DNA of 64,000 bases from a virus (Duplodnaviria; Caudoviricetes), in the IMG/VR virus record IMGVR_UViG_3300037067_009382, positions 26,409-90,408 of that record, one strand, 5' to 3'. Each line of letters starts with the position of its first letter. Positions within the stretch are counted from its first letter, which is position 1. This document shows, piece after piece, positions 1-8,744 of this stretch. A model generated the notes under the pieces. It was not told where the DNA came from and made no database searches. It worked only from the letters and a program-made list of their open reading frames with translations. Position numbers and translations under genes: made by a program.

Positions 1-1031
1 GCTGTCCACACGAACACATTTAGCCGTTGAGCTAACCTACGGCATTCCTCATATATGGTTTGCATCTGGTCGTGCTTTTGTTGCTGGAAGGCCATCTTAT
101 CTGCAGGTACCATAATGTCGGCATAGTCAAGTATCACGTAGTCGACTCTGTAGTCTTCCTTCTGGCGAAGCATTTCGATGTGACGCTCTACGTCTCTTAT
201 GCTCGCACCCTTCGTGGGAAACTCCTTAATGATTAGATTCCCACCCATACCCTTCATTTTACTCGTTACTGAGTTGACGACCTTCAAGCGATTATGCTCC
301 AGCTCTCGATAGGGTACGCCTGACATCATCGAGTAGAACCTATTTGCTACAACCTTCTCGGACAACTCGAATGTGTAATAGACTCCCCTATACCTTTGCA
401 CTATCGCCTGTCTCGCAACCTGCAATAACGCGGTTGATTTACCAATGCCAGGAAGTGCCATAAAGAATCCTAACTCTTTACGGGCAATGTTTGCAAAGTT
501 CCTATCCAGATCGGGCACACCCAGTTGTAGTAACTCTTCGTCAAAGCTGGATGTAATTCTGATGTCCTGGGGAATGTGTATGCCTGTGTCTATCGTCAGA
601 CCGACGTTCAATGCCTTTTGCATTAAGTCGGGTATCGCTTCGAGCTTGCCATTCTCTCTGAGTGTGATGGCTTCGTCGAGGGCCAATTGCATAGCTCTAT
701 CCCGAGCGAACTTAACAACGTGCTCAATTACGTATTCGCGAGTTGCTTCGTCAGGAATAAGCTTCTCGAGGGTTGCGTAGTACTCCTCTTCGGGCCCTCG
801 TCCAAATCTGTTCTTCAGTATCGCTTCGAGTTCGTGCTTTACCTCGACGATCGTGGGACGCATACGATACTTATCGTAGTGAGTGCACACCACTTCACAG
901 ATTGCCTTATGATAATCGGTAGTAAAGAACTCTGGTCTGAGAAGTGTTGAGGCCTCTTTTATGAACTGGTCATCATACAGAAGGAGACTCAATACCTCCT
1001 GCTGCATATCTAAATATCCCTGCTGAGCCAT
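1..1031 (-). CDS. dnaB: DnaB/T4 gp41-like replicative helicase (runs off the left edge)
   Basis: Hand-translated from ATG at 1031 with AGGAG RBS: MAQQGYLDMQQEVLSLLLYDD...; Walker A FMALPGIGKST; later region ...QTIYEECRRLAQRLNVFVWTA. Missing from the ORF track because it has no stop in the window. Confidence 0.85.
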   Translation of the reverse strand, partial: MAQQGYLDMQQEVLSLLLYDDQFIKEASTLLRPEFFTTDYHKAICEVVCTHYDKYRMRPTIVEVKHELEAILKNRFGRGPEEEYYATLEKLIPDEATREYVIEHVVKFARDRAMQLALDEAITLRENGKLEAIPDLMQKALNVGLTIDTGIHIPQDIRITSSFDEELLQLGVPDLDRNFANIARKELGFFMALPGIGKSTALLQVARQAIVQRYRGVYYTFELSEKVVANRFYSMMSGVPYRELEHNRLKVVNSVTSKMKGMGGNLIIKEFPTKGASIRDVERHIEMLRQKEDYRVDYVILDYADIMVPADKMAFQQQKHDQMQTIYEECRRLAQRLNVFVWT

Positions 1032-1040
1032 TGCGTCTCC

Positions 1041-1199
1041 TTAGGATGCCATCTTATCTTTTGAACCAACACCGTCACGAATTGTGACCTTTATAAATCT
1101 ACCCTTCTTCCACCACATAAGTCTATGCCACCAACGACGTCTACCTTCTACTGTAACGCGGTGGTTGCGGTTGAAGAGGTTCCTAAATATGGAGGCCAT
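1041..1199 (-). CDS. Small basic hypothetical protein (52 aa)
   Basis: AAGGAG RBS, MASIFRNLFNRNHRVTVEGRRRWWHRL...; fills the gap before the helicase. Confidence 0.6.
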   Translation of the reverse strand: MASIFRNLFNRNHRVTVEGRRRWWHRLMWWKKGRFIKVTIRDGVGSKDKMAS

Positions 1200-1579
1200 T
1201 CTTGTTCTCCTTCTTTCCACTTACTGCCCCAGACAAGATGAGCCCACAGCATCGCAGTCAAGATGCCAATAATCGTTGCGGGTATACCGTTCCAGTGAGA
1301 CCATACAACCATACCCGGAAACCATATCGCTGTAATGAGCCAGAACCAATTCTTGTGGGGGAATATCCAGTCACGCATAATATACGTATACGGACGTCGA
1401 TCGATGGGCTGTAACCAGAACTCGGTATGGAACCAGAACCAGGCGTACAAAGAAAAGCTGGCTCTGACTAACCTCGTCTTGTGGTCGCGTCTTACCTTTA
1501 ACTTATACGCGTCCAAACCATAACGCGTACGGTTGGTCTTCTCCTCAAGGGTCATGTTTGGGTGTCTATCTTTTCGCAT
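1148..1579 (-). CDS. Hypothetical membrane protein
   Basis: 143 aa with Trp-rich hydrophobic segments in the C-terminal half. Confidence 0.6.
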   Translation of the reverse strand: MRKDRHPNMTLEEKTNRTRYGLDAYKLKVRRDHKTRLVRASFSLYAWFWFHTEFWLQPIDRRPYTYIMRDWIFPHKNWFWLITAIWFPGMVVWSHWNGIPATIIGILTAMLWAHLVWGSKWKEGEQEWPPYLGTSSTATTALQ

Positions 1580-1594
1580 ATCCCTCCTTATCTA

Positions 1595-2161
1595 TTACGC
1601 GTGTGTATTTTCACCTGTACTCGCATCCTCGCGAGCTTCGGCTTTAGTACCCACTGAGCAAAGTGTCGATATTCCACGGTACTCCTCATCCAGATCGAGA
1701 CCGTATCCTACTACGAAGACATTTCCTATTTCGAAGCACCGGTAGTCGGGCTTGATATTCGCAACCTCACGTCGGCAAGGTTTATCGAGTAACGCACAAA
1801 TCTTTACTGACTTGGCCCCGTACTGAGTAAGAAGTTTGGTTAACGCTGCCATACTCTTACCCGTATCGACAATGTCTTCCACGATCAGTACGTCTCTTCC
1901 GTTAACGACAGGTACCCAGGCGATATCAACATCGAGAGTGCTCACCGTTCCTTGATATGTCGCCATCCTTACGAACTCGAGGTTATACTTGAAATTTAGC
2001 TGTCGAGTCAGGTCTGCTGCAAATATATATGCACCCTTCAGAACAACGATAAGCATTGGATTCTTATCGTGATAGTCCTTATGTAACTGCTTAGCTAACT
2101 TTCGGATGGCGTTGCTGATCTTCCCCTCGTTGATGAATGGCAAAAGAACTTGCTCTTGCAT
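1595..2161 (-). CDS. hpt: Hypoxanthine/guanine phosphoribosyltransferase
   Basis: VVLKGAYIFAADL, PRPP-binding loop VLIVEDIVDTGKS, ALLDK and FVVGYGLD motifs. Start moved from the track's 2251 to ATG 2161 (MQEQVLLP). Confidence 0.92.
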   Translation of the reverse strand: MQEQVLLPFINEGKISNAIRKLAKQLHKDYHDKNPMLIVVLKGAYIFAADLTRQLNFKYNLEFVRMATYQGTVSTLDVDIAWVPVVNGRDVLIVEDIVDTGKSMAALTKLLTQYGAKSVKICALLDKPCRREVANIKPDYRCFEIGNVFVVGYGLDLDEEYRGISTLCSVGTKAEAREDASTGENTHA

Positions 2162-2354
2162 TCTCCCGTTCCTCCTCGGTCTTCTTGTACTCTTCCAGAT
2201 CCTCTGGAACGCAGCTGGCGAAGTGGATCTCACCGCGAACATCTCTCGCAACGACCCAATCAGACCCTAGAGCTTCAACTCGCTTATCTTCATACGAGTC
2301 TCGACCAAAGTGGCCCCCGCAGTATCCATATAACACATCGCCAATTCGAACCAT
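2091..2354 (-). CDS. Hypothetical phage protein
   Basis: 87 aa, GDVLYGYCGGHFGRDSY...; operonic position. Confidence 0.6.
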   Translation of the reverse strand: MVRIGDVLYGYCGGHFGRDSYEDKRVEALGSDWVVARDVRGEIHFASCVPEDLEEYKKTEEERENARASSFAIHQRGEDQQRHPKVS

Positions 2355-2633
2355 CTAATTCTCCAGTGCCTTTGCATAGCAGCAGGCAAAGGTCAATCGC
2401 TGAATTTCACTTCTCGCGGGTGGGCAGAAGCCAATGCATCTCCCACTCAACTGGCACCCATTACATATTTGAGCAACAACTGCTTCTTGGGCCTGCTGTG
2501 CGCACGACTTAATAGTCGTCTCGTACATCGACAGTTCCAAATCGCGAGCTTGTTGTGGTGTTAGTCTGAACTTGCGTCCCATCATAGGTATTATACCGCC
2601 TTCTATTTCATTACTCAAAACTAGGCAACTCAA
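2355..2633 (-). CDS. Hypothetical protein with C-terminal Cys cluster
   Basis: 92 aa, CNGCQLSGRCIGFC. Confidence 0.55.
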   Translation of the reverse strand: MSCLVLSNEIEGGIIPMMGRKFRLTPQQARDLELSMYETTIKSCAQQAQEAVVAQICNGCQLSGRCIGFCPPARSEIQRLTFACCYAKALEN

Positions 2634-3108
2634 CCTTCACCAGCCCCTGTGCCCTATACCGTTGCTCCGTCTCGAGCAAGTCAACCAGAAGGTCTAGTCG
2701 ATACTCTTCTTGCTCAGTACTTACAAGCCCATGACCCTCTACATACTCTACGGGTGGGAGCATTCCAACCTTACGTTGTACGAACTTGATAATGTTCTGA
2801 AGGTAGGCATCGTTAATTTGTACCAGTGGGTGCAATCCACCCTGTCTATCTTTCCAGGTAAACTTCTTACGCAACTCTTTGAACTGTCCCGGATCGAGCG
2901 TTGAGAAGTCGATAAAGATCCCATCGGGTACAGGCCCGAAAGCTTCATCGGGTATATCAAAGTCATCAGGGCCTGTGAAGTCCGCACCGAACCGTCCCGC
3001 TCCTGCGGGATTATCATGATCATGGCAGAAGCAAGGAGAGCCAGGTAACAATGGATATTGTACACTGGCGTCTCCTCCGCATATTTTACAGTTACCGAGA
3101 TCCGACAT
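2611..3108 (-). CDS. Hypothetical protein with N-terminal Zn-binding motif
   Basis: Start moved to ATG 3108 (MSDLGNCKICGG...CFCHDH); the upstream part of the track ORF overlaps the neighbouring gene. Confidence 0.6.
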   Translation of the reverse strand: MSDLGNCKICGGDASVQYPLLPGSPCFCHDHDNPAGAGRFGADFTGPDDFDIPDEAFGPVPDGIFIDFSTLDPGQFKELRKKFTWKDRQGGLHPLVQINDAYLQNIIKFVQRKVGMLPPVEYVEGHGLVSTEQEEYRLDLLVDLLETEQRYRAQGLVKVELPSFE

Positions 3109-3502
3109 GGGCCTGCTCCTTAAACTGTTTAAGGCCTTCAACGCTAACCGAATAGGTGTTCCGATCCCTTGTAAGGATCTTTTGATTGACCATCTGTTGA
3201 ACAACATCACCAGCCACTCCTTGATCGAACGCCCCAAGTAAGATTGCATCGTAAGAGAGCGTCCGATTCTGACGCAGTACCCACTCGGCCACCTTTTCCA
3301 TGTCGTTAATGAGCAACTCGGTACCCCAGTTTCGAAGCTGGATAGGTGTGGCCCGTTCATTGTGATGCTCAGCCCTTATCAAGATACCGATGTTTGCTTC
3401 ACTATCTGCCTCCTGGATCGTTCCGCCGTATGCAAGTTTGAACATATCGGCTTTCTCCAGTACTATGGTGACACCATTGGTTCCTGTTTTCGTAATTCTC
3501 AT
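3092..3502 (-). CDS. Hypothetical protein, possible C-terminal winged helix
   Basis: 136 aa; promoter-like GTATAAT upstream at about 3555. Confidence 0.6.
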   Translation of the reverse strand: MRITKTGTNGVTIVLEKADMFKLAYGGTIQEADSEANIGILIRAEHHNERATPIQLRNWGTELLINDMEKVAEWVLRQNRTLSYDAILLGAFDQGVAGDVVQQMVNQKILTRDRNTYSVSVEGLKQFKEQAHVGSR

Positions 3503-3518
3503 CGTAACCTCTTTCTGT

Positions 3519-4886
3519 TTACTTGGCGGTCTTATTTCTCTCCGCTACAGCTAAATTATACGCGAGAGTACGCTCGAGGGTCTCTAATTCTGAATCGGCA
3601 TTCTCCATATCAATCTCGGGTGGAGTCATGTCGCTATACAGATAGTTGCCCATCATCGATTGCAATCGCGTAGCTAACCTGGCTTGCATTGCCGTTAGAG
3701 CCGATAAGAACTTCTGGATAGTGAATCCGGACTTCCGATAAAACTCATCCTCGGTCTCGGTCGAGCGCGAGATCATCATGAAGATTAAAGCGTTTGCTTT
3801 AAGCTCCTCATAATTATATTGTGACACCAACCGCTTTGCTGTCGCGCCCGTCACTTCAGTAGTAGGCATTGACGATCCTACTATCTCGCGATAGCGTCCT
3901 GAATACCACCGAATGAACTCTTGCGTTCTCGGGTGGGTCTCTTTTGACTTGACGATCTCCGTCCCTCTGAGAAGAAGTACTGATTCGCGTTGGTAAACTA
4001 TCCTCTTTGTCTTCCCCACAGGAATTTCTTTAGTCACCACCGATTTGTTCTTACGGAGAGTGTCAAGAGCGGATTGATCGATATGTAGTACCGCTAATGC
4101 CTGGTTTCCTGTTAACCACTCATTCGTGGGCAACTCGCTGGGCGTCTCACCTGTATGTGTCTTCACTTGATCCTTTCCGTCCTCCGAATGCATTCTTGCT
4201 CGTCCCCAGGCACCAGTATCACCTGGTTGTGGTGTCATGGTATTGAAACCTACTCCAGGAGTAGGTTCCACCTTTTTTGCCTCGTCTGAAGTAGGTTGTT
4301 CTTCAGTTATTTCACCAGGCTCTGTGCCTAAAACATGAGCTTCATTGTCAGATAAGGGGATATTATATATCCCCTCTTTTGGTAGTGATGTACGTGTAGA
4401 ACCATCGACATTGCGAATTTCTTCAGATTCCTCCGGATTTGAATTCAAACCCACTTGCGATTCAGTGGATTTCACTTGCGAATCTTCTTCACCCCGCACC
4501 ATGCCCTGTGCCTTAACTTCAACAGCGATTCTTTTCATGTCGCTGTCCAATAAATCCTTCTCTCTCCGTATGAGGTATTCCGCAAGGTCTTCCAACTTTA
4601 TCCTGCGATGACTCCCAGGTGTACGCGTGGCCTGAATCTTACCGCTGTCGCATAAGTGTGCGATTGTAACATCGCTGTATCCTAAGAATTTCGCAGCTAG
4701 CCCCGTGGTGATGCACCCATCGAGTAACTGGTAAGCATCATCAGGAGCCATACCCATTTCGATAGAGTTCTCCACCATTTTGTTCAGGTTCTTCTTCATC
4801 GTCTTGTCGTTCTTATACACGTCGACGATCGTGCGTGTGATCAATGTAAACCACTGATCCTGTTGCTCTCTTGTGTATGCTTTCAT
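3519..4886 (-). CDS. DNA-binding protein with two MerR/excisionase-type HTH domains; possible replication initiator
   Basis: ITTGLAAKFLGYSDVTIAHLCDSGKIQATRTPGSHRRI and WLTGNQALAVLHID...; helical C-terminal domain; lies in the replication module. Confidence 0.65.
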   Translation of the reverse strand: MKAYTREQQDQWFTLITRTIVDVYKNDKTMKKNLNKMVENSIEMGMAPDDAYQLLDGCITTGLAAKFLGYSDVTIAHLCDSGKIQATRTPGSHRRIKLEDLAEYLIRREKDLLDSDMKRIAVEVKAQGMVRGEEDSQVKSTESQVGLNSNPEESEEIRNVDGSTRTSLPKEGIYNIPLSDNEAHVLGTEPGEITEEQPTSDEAKKVEPTPGVGFNTMTPQPGDTGAWGRARMHSEDGKDQVKTHTGETPSELPTNEWLTGNQALAVLHIDQSALDTLRKNKSVVTKEIPVGKTKRIVYQRESVLLLRGTEIVKSKETHPRTQEFIRWYSGRYREIVGSSMPTTEVTGATAKRLVSQYNYEELKANALIFMMISRSTETEDEFYRKSGFTIQKFLSALTAMQARLATRLQSMMGNYLYSDMTPPEIDMENADSELETLERTLAYNLAVAERNKTAK

Positions 4887-5083
4887 TTTCCCTCCTTGGG
4901 TTTTATTTGTAGGGAGTGGTCGTCAAATCGAAACTCGTACTCCCTTCCTGCTTCCAGAACCTGTGTCTGGTCGGGTATGTAAATGATGTGCGTTTTGTCG
5001 TCTTCGCTCAACTCCACACCAGCAAGTCGAGCCGTAATTGTTTTCGGTGCCACTACTTCTTGCCTCCAGGATATTCTGAACAA
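4883..5083 (-). CDS. Hypothetical protein
   Basis: 66 aa, ATGA overlap with the next gene. Confidence 0.6.
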   Translation of the reverse strand: MFRISWRQEVVAPKTITARLAGVELSEDDKTHIIYIPDQTQVLEAGREYEFRFDDHSLQIKPKEGK

Positions 5084-6549
5084 CCATCCCAGAATCCATC
5101 GACCTCATTCTTATATTTATACGGATCCTTTACGCTGTTCATTTTGAAACCCGTCCGTCTCATAAAGTCTGGGCCACAAGTACCACAGGGATTCTCTTCG
5201 GCTTCGTAGCAAGACCAAGCAAGATCGAGTGGTGCTTTCAACTCGAGACCCATTTTGATGATCTCATGCTTCATCAGGTGACCAACCGGCATCTCAACCT
5301 GCACCCTCTTTCCGAGATTGACTGCATATGGAAGAACAGTTGAGAACTCGTCTGTAAAGATCGCTTCGTTATCAGGATACGCACCACTCTCCTCAAGATT
5401 GTTTCCGAGAGCGATAACGTCAAAGCCGTGAGCCTCTGCAATACCCACAGCCAGAGAATAGAAGATAAGGTTTCTTGCGGGTACCCACTCCCAAGCGAGT
5501 TCTGCCGAAGCCTCTCCCGCTCTTTCAGTCATCAAAGGCTGTCCCGATTCGGTTAATCTCGAGTGTCCAATGACGCCCTTGAAGATGTCTCCCATGGGGC
5601 AGAACATATACTTGCAACCGAGAGCTTTAGCGATTAGTGGAATCGCCTCAACTTCCTTCTTCTCGGCCCTACATTTATACTGATAATGAAGAAGGGTCAC
5701 ATCATGTCCCTCGCGTACGTATTTGGTTGCAACAACAACTGAATCCAATCCACCACTGCAAATCGCCAATACTCTTTTCTTGTCGTTACGCCGAACCACT
5801 GGGTAAAGCGATTGTTTTCCGATGTGGCGAGAGAGAATATCGATCTGCCATATCATATAAGGGCCACATTGCTCGATCGGCGACCTATCATATATGGGAA
5901 TTCGGTCTGTTTCCAGATAGCGTGGAAAGGTGCTAAAGAAAAAGCATTCGAGCTCCCTGTCGAACAGAACGTAGAGGGGCTTGTAATTTGCTGCCAGAGT
6001 TACCAAATGAGGATTGCGCTTGTCGTAGATTGCAAATGCAAAAGAGCCAACGACATCCTTCGTCAGGATCTCGGTAAGCTTCTCCCTGGATCTACCATCC
6101 CAGAATCGATGAAGATATTCCGCAACTGAGAGGGTGTCGATCTTCGTACTTGGAAGATCCACCTTCGCCTTCTTCCTCAGTTCGGCATCATTCGCGATTG
6201 TACCGTTATGGGTAATCCAGACCTTTTCGGATGCGTCACAGAATGGTTGGATATCGAACTTACCCTTTGTTCTTATCCACTCAGTAGTGGGCTCCGCTCG
6301 ATTGTTCGCGATAGCACATATCGTATCGCGATTGATGAAACCGTTGGGCCACTTCGCTTGACTCGCTTTGCCCAACTCCTTGTAGGTAAACACCTCACCA
6401 TTCTGCTGAAACGCAGCGACTCCAAAAGAGTCTCTACCACGTTCCTCCGCTTGACAGATGATTGATTTCAGTCTGTTTTCAATGCGAAGGTAATCGCTGC
6501 TGTGTCTCGGCTTCTTTAGGATAACCACACCCGAGATTGCACATGCCAT
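5053..6549 (-). CDS. queC: Gat-QueC fusion (class II glutamine amidotransferase + 7-cyano-7-deazaguanine synthase)
   Basis: N-terminal CAISG, RGRDSFG, NNRAEPT, HNGTIAN (Ntn GATase); C-terminal SGGLDS, VPARN, YPD, WSCY...CGTC (QueC). Confidence 0.9.
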   Translation of the reverse strand: MACAISGVVILKKPRHSSDYLRIENRLKSIICQAEERGRDSFGVAAFQQNGEVFTYKELGKASQAKWPNGFINRDTICAIANNRAEPTTEWIRTKGKFDIQPFCDASEKVWITHNGTIANDAELRKKAKVDLPSTKIDTLSVAEYLHRFWDGRSREKLTEILTKDVVGSFAFAIYDKRNPHLVTLAANYKPLYVLFDRELECFFFSTFPRYLETDRIPIYDRSPIEQCGPYMIWQIDILSRHIGKQSLYPVVRRNDKKRVLAICSGGLDSVVVATKYVREGHDVTLLHYQYKCRAEKKEVEAIPLIAKALGCKYMFCPMGDIFKGVIGHSRLTESGQPLMTERAGEASAELAWEWVPARNLIFYSLAVGIAEAHGFDVIALGNNLEESGAYPDNEAIFTDEFSTVLPYAVNLGKRVQVEMPVGHLMKHEIIKMGLELKAPLDLAWSCYEAEENPCGTCGPDFMRRTGFKMNSVKDPYKYKNEVDGFWDGCSEYPGGKK

Positions 6550-6565
6550 TTTCTGTTTCCTCCTC

Positions 6566-8005
6566 TTATTTTTCCAGGCTTACTTCGAACCCTGGCTGTT
6601 CTTTCAAATATGTATAGCGTGAGATTCCGTGCAACGTTAGGAATCCGTGTTTCGGCTTTTGATCCTTTCTCTTGGGTGGAGTTCGATCCACATCCATCAG
6701 ATCGAGAAAGTCGTAGACGAATAACCTCATTCCTTCCTTCGCGCGTAGACCCCTGCCTATACGCTGCAGTAACTTGATTGGTGATTTCCCACCGCCAAGC
6801 ATTATTAGAGTATCGATGGACGGAATATCGACACCCTCATCCAGAATCGTACTGGAGATGAGAAGGTTCATGCCGTCCTTCGACTTAAACTCCTCGAGTG
6901 ACTTCTTTCTGTATTCCGACTCGCACCCACCGTGAACAAACGCAACAAGAATTCCCCTTCGCTCGAGCATTGCTTGTAATCGCTCACCGTGATCGATCTC
7001 GGTTACCAAAAGCAATACCTTTCGTCCCTCTTTGTAATGCCCGATCGCGATATCGATTGCCTTTGCGTTCCTGAAGGTGTTGACTACAATGCCATTGTGA
7101 TACGCATCGGGCCACTCGAGATCCTTCTCGAGAACGGGTTGGGAGATTGGAATGAACTTAACTGTGGGTGCAGCGGAGACACCGCTGTCAATTAAGTCCT
7201 TGTTGGTCGTAGTCCAAAGCACAGGCCCTGTCGCAGCCTCAAGCATCAGATCGCGATTGTCAGTTCTGATAGGTGTGCCACTGAATCCGAAGCGATATAC
7301 CGCTGGACAGCGTAAAGCGATATCGTACCATGTCGATGCGCCCATATGGTGGCACTCGTCGACCATTATGCAGTTGAACTGATTCAACCACTCCGTACGA
7401 TAGAACTTTGCCTCTTTTGTATCGCCCTTCATCCTTCTTGCGATTGTCGGAACCATTGCGATTGTAATTCGGCCTTTGTCGTTCCATGCCGAATCTCCAA
7501 TCAAGCCTACTGGCTCTCCTAACCACTCATGCAACCTTTCTCCCGTCTGGTGAAGAAGTTCTAACCGATGAGTCAGTACGATCACCTTTCCTGGGATACA
7601 TTGTGCGAGTGCTGCCATGACCGCAGTCTTTCCTGCGTTAGTTGCCATGTGATAAATACCATAACGGAATTTCAGCCCTTCTTTCAAAGCACTCAATTGA
7701 TAATCGCGTAATTCTAATCCATGTAGACCTTTGTATCCGTCGATTTTCCCTGCGTTAAAGTCTTCAACTATAGAATAATGCAGTCCCTTTTTATCGAATG
7801 TAGAACACACGCGTTTTAGTAGTCCGGTTGGGAAGCTTTTATCGAGTTTTCGATACAAGTGCTTCTTACCATCCCAGATGTGCCTTCGAAATTGAGGCGA
7901 GTAAATATACCCCTCTTCGTAGAAAGCAGTCGCGTTATCAATTAGGCTAATTGCATCGGGGGTTGTACAAAATGTCCTGTTTGGTCTGACGATAAATTCT
8001 TGCAT
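6566..8005 (-). CDS. Superfamily 2 DEAD/DEAH helicase (UvsW-like)
   Basis: ATNAGKT, MVDECHH, FSGTP, LDEGVDIP, QRIGRGLR. Confidence 0.9.
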   Translation of the reverse strand: MQEFIVRPNRTFCTTPDAISLIDNATAFYEEGYIYSPQFRRHIWDGKKHLYRKLDKSFPTGLLKRVCSTFDKKGLHYSIVEDFNAGKIDGYKGLHGLELRDYQLSALKEGLKFRYGIYHMATNAGKTAVMAALAQCIPGKVIVLTHRLELLHQTGERLHEWLGEPVGLIGDSAWNDKGRITIAMVPTIARRMKGDTKEAKFYRTEWLNQFNCIMVDECHHMGASTWYDIALRCPAVYRFGFSGTPIRTDNRDLMLEAATGPVLWTTTNKDLIDSGVSAAPTVKFIPISQPVLEKDLEWPDAYHNGIVVNTFRNAKAIDIAIGHYKEGRKVLLLVTEIDHGERLQAMLERRGILVAFVHGGCESEYRKKSLEEFKSKDGMNLLISSTILDEGVDIPSIDTLIMLGGGKSPIKLLQRIGRGLRAKEGMRLFVYDFLDLMDVDRTPPKRKDQKPKHGFLTLHGISRYTYLKEQPGFEVSLEK

Positions 8006-8033
8006 GCTATATTATACGGAACTTGCGAATTAG

Positions 8034-8735
8034 CTACCGCACCGTCTGAATAACGTAGAACGTAAGAGTATACTCTGTGAGTAATCCTTTCCCACCTTCG
8101 CGGATCCAACTGATGGGACCGAGCAGTCCTCGATACGTTACACCATCGTCATCATAGAACTTTGTGAGGAGTATTCCCGTAGCGGGTGTCTCCCAGTAGT
8201 ACCAAGACCTAACAGCCTTCTCAAGCGCTAACCTCTCAGCCTCAGTTTGGACGATACCATTTATCTTGATCGTCTCGTTACAGATGCCAAGCGAGAAGAG
8301 GTAGGAGAAAAGTTGAAGATTGCCAAGGCTAACTGCTCCGGGCATGGGTACTTGAGCGGACGTAAGATCGAGCGTGTGCTGCGTACTCTTAATCGTCAGC
8401 TGAATATTATCACCATGGGAGCTAAGAAGCTCGTTTACAAAGAGACTGCCATATAGCGTAAATTTTTGACCATACCCAAAGTCCTCACCGAAGAACGCTA
8501 CCGCTCTGAAGAAGTAGATGACGTTCTTCTCTAATCCCGACACGTAAACCGAGATGGGGCCTGTACCGAAAGCCACCGTCCAGAAGGACTGCTGATTATA
8601 CCCTTCGACAAAGCGACTATACTCGAAGTAGACGTAAAGTGCTCCATGGCCTCCCATATCAGTTACATTTGCGAGAAAGTTACAATCCGTTCCCGTGTAG
8701 GCACTGTATCCAGTTGTTACTATCTTTACGGCCAT
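8034..8735 (-). CDS. Tail-tip protein: FN3-like N-terminal domain + Dit-like C-terminal domain
   Basis: SGLEKNVIYFFRAVA is FN3-like; C-terminal half aligns by eye with the N-terminus of 12684..14573. Confidence 0.55.
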   Translation of the reverse strand: MAVKIVTTGYSAYTGTDCNFLANVTDMGGHGALYVYFEYSRFVEGYNQQSFWTVAFGTGPISVYVSGLEKNVIYFFRAVAFFGEDFGYGQKFTLYGSLFVNELLSSHGDNIQLTIKSTQHTLDLTSAQVPMPGAVSLGNLQLFSYLFSLGICNETIKINGIVQTEAERLALEKAVRSWYYWETPATGILLTKFYDDDGVTYRGLLGPISWIREGGKGLLTEYTLTFYVIQTVR

Positions 8736-8744
8736 GAGTGCCTC

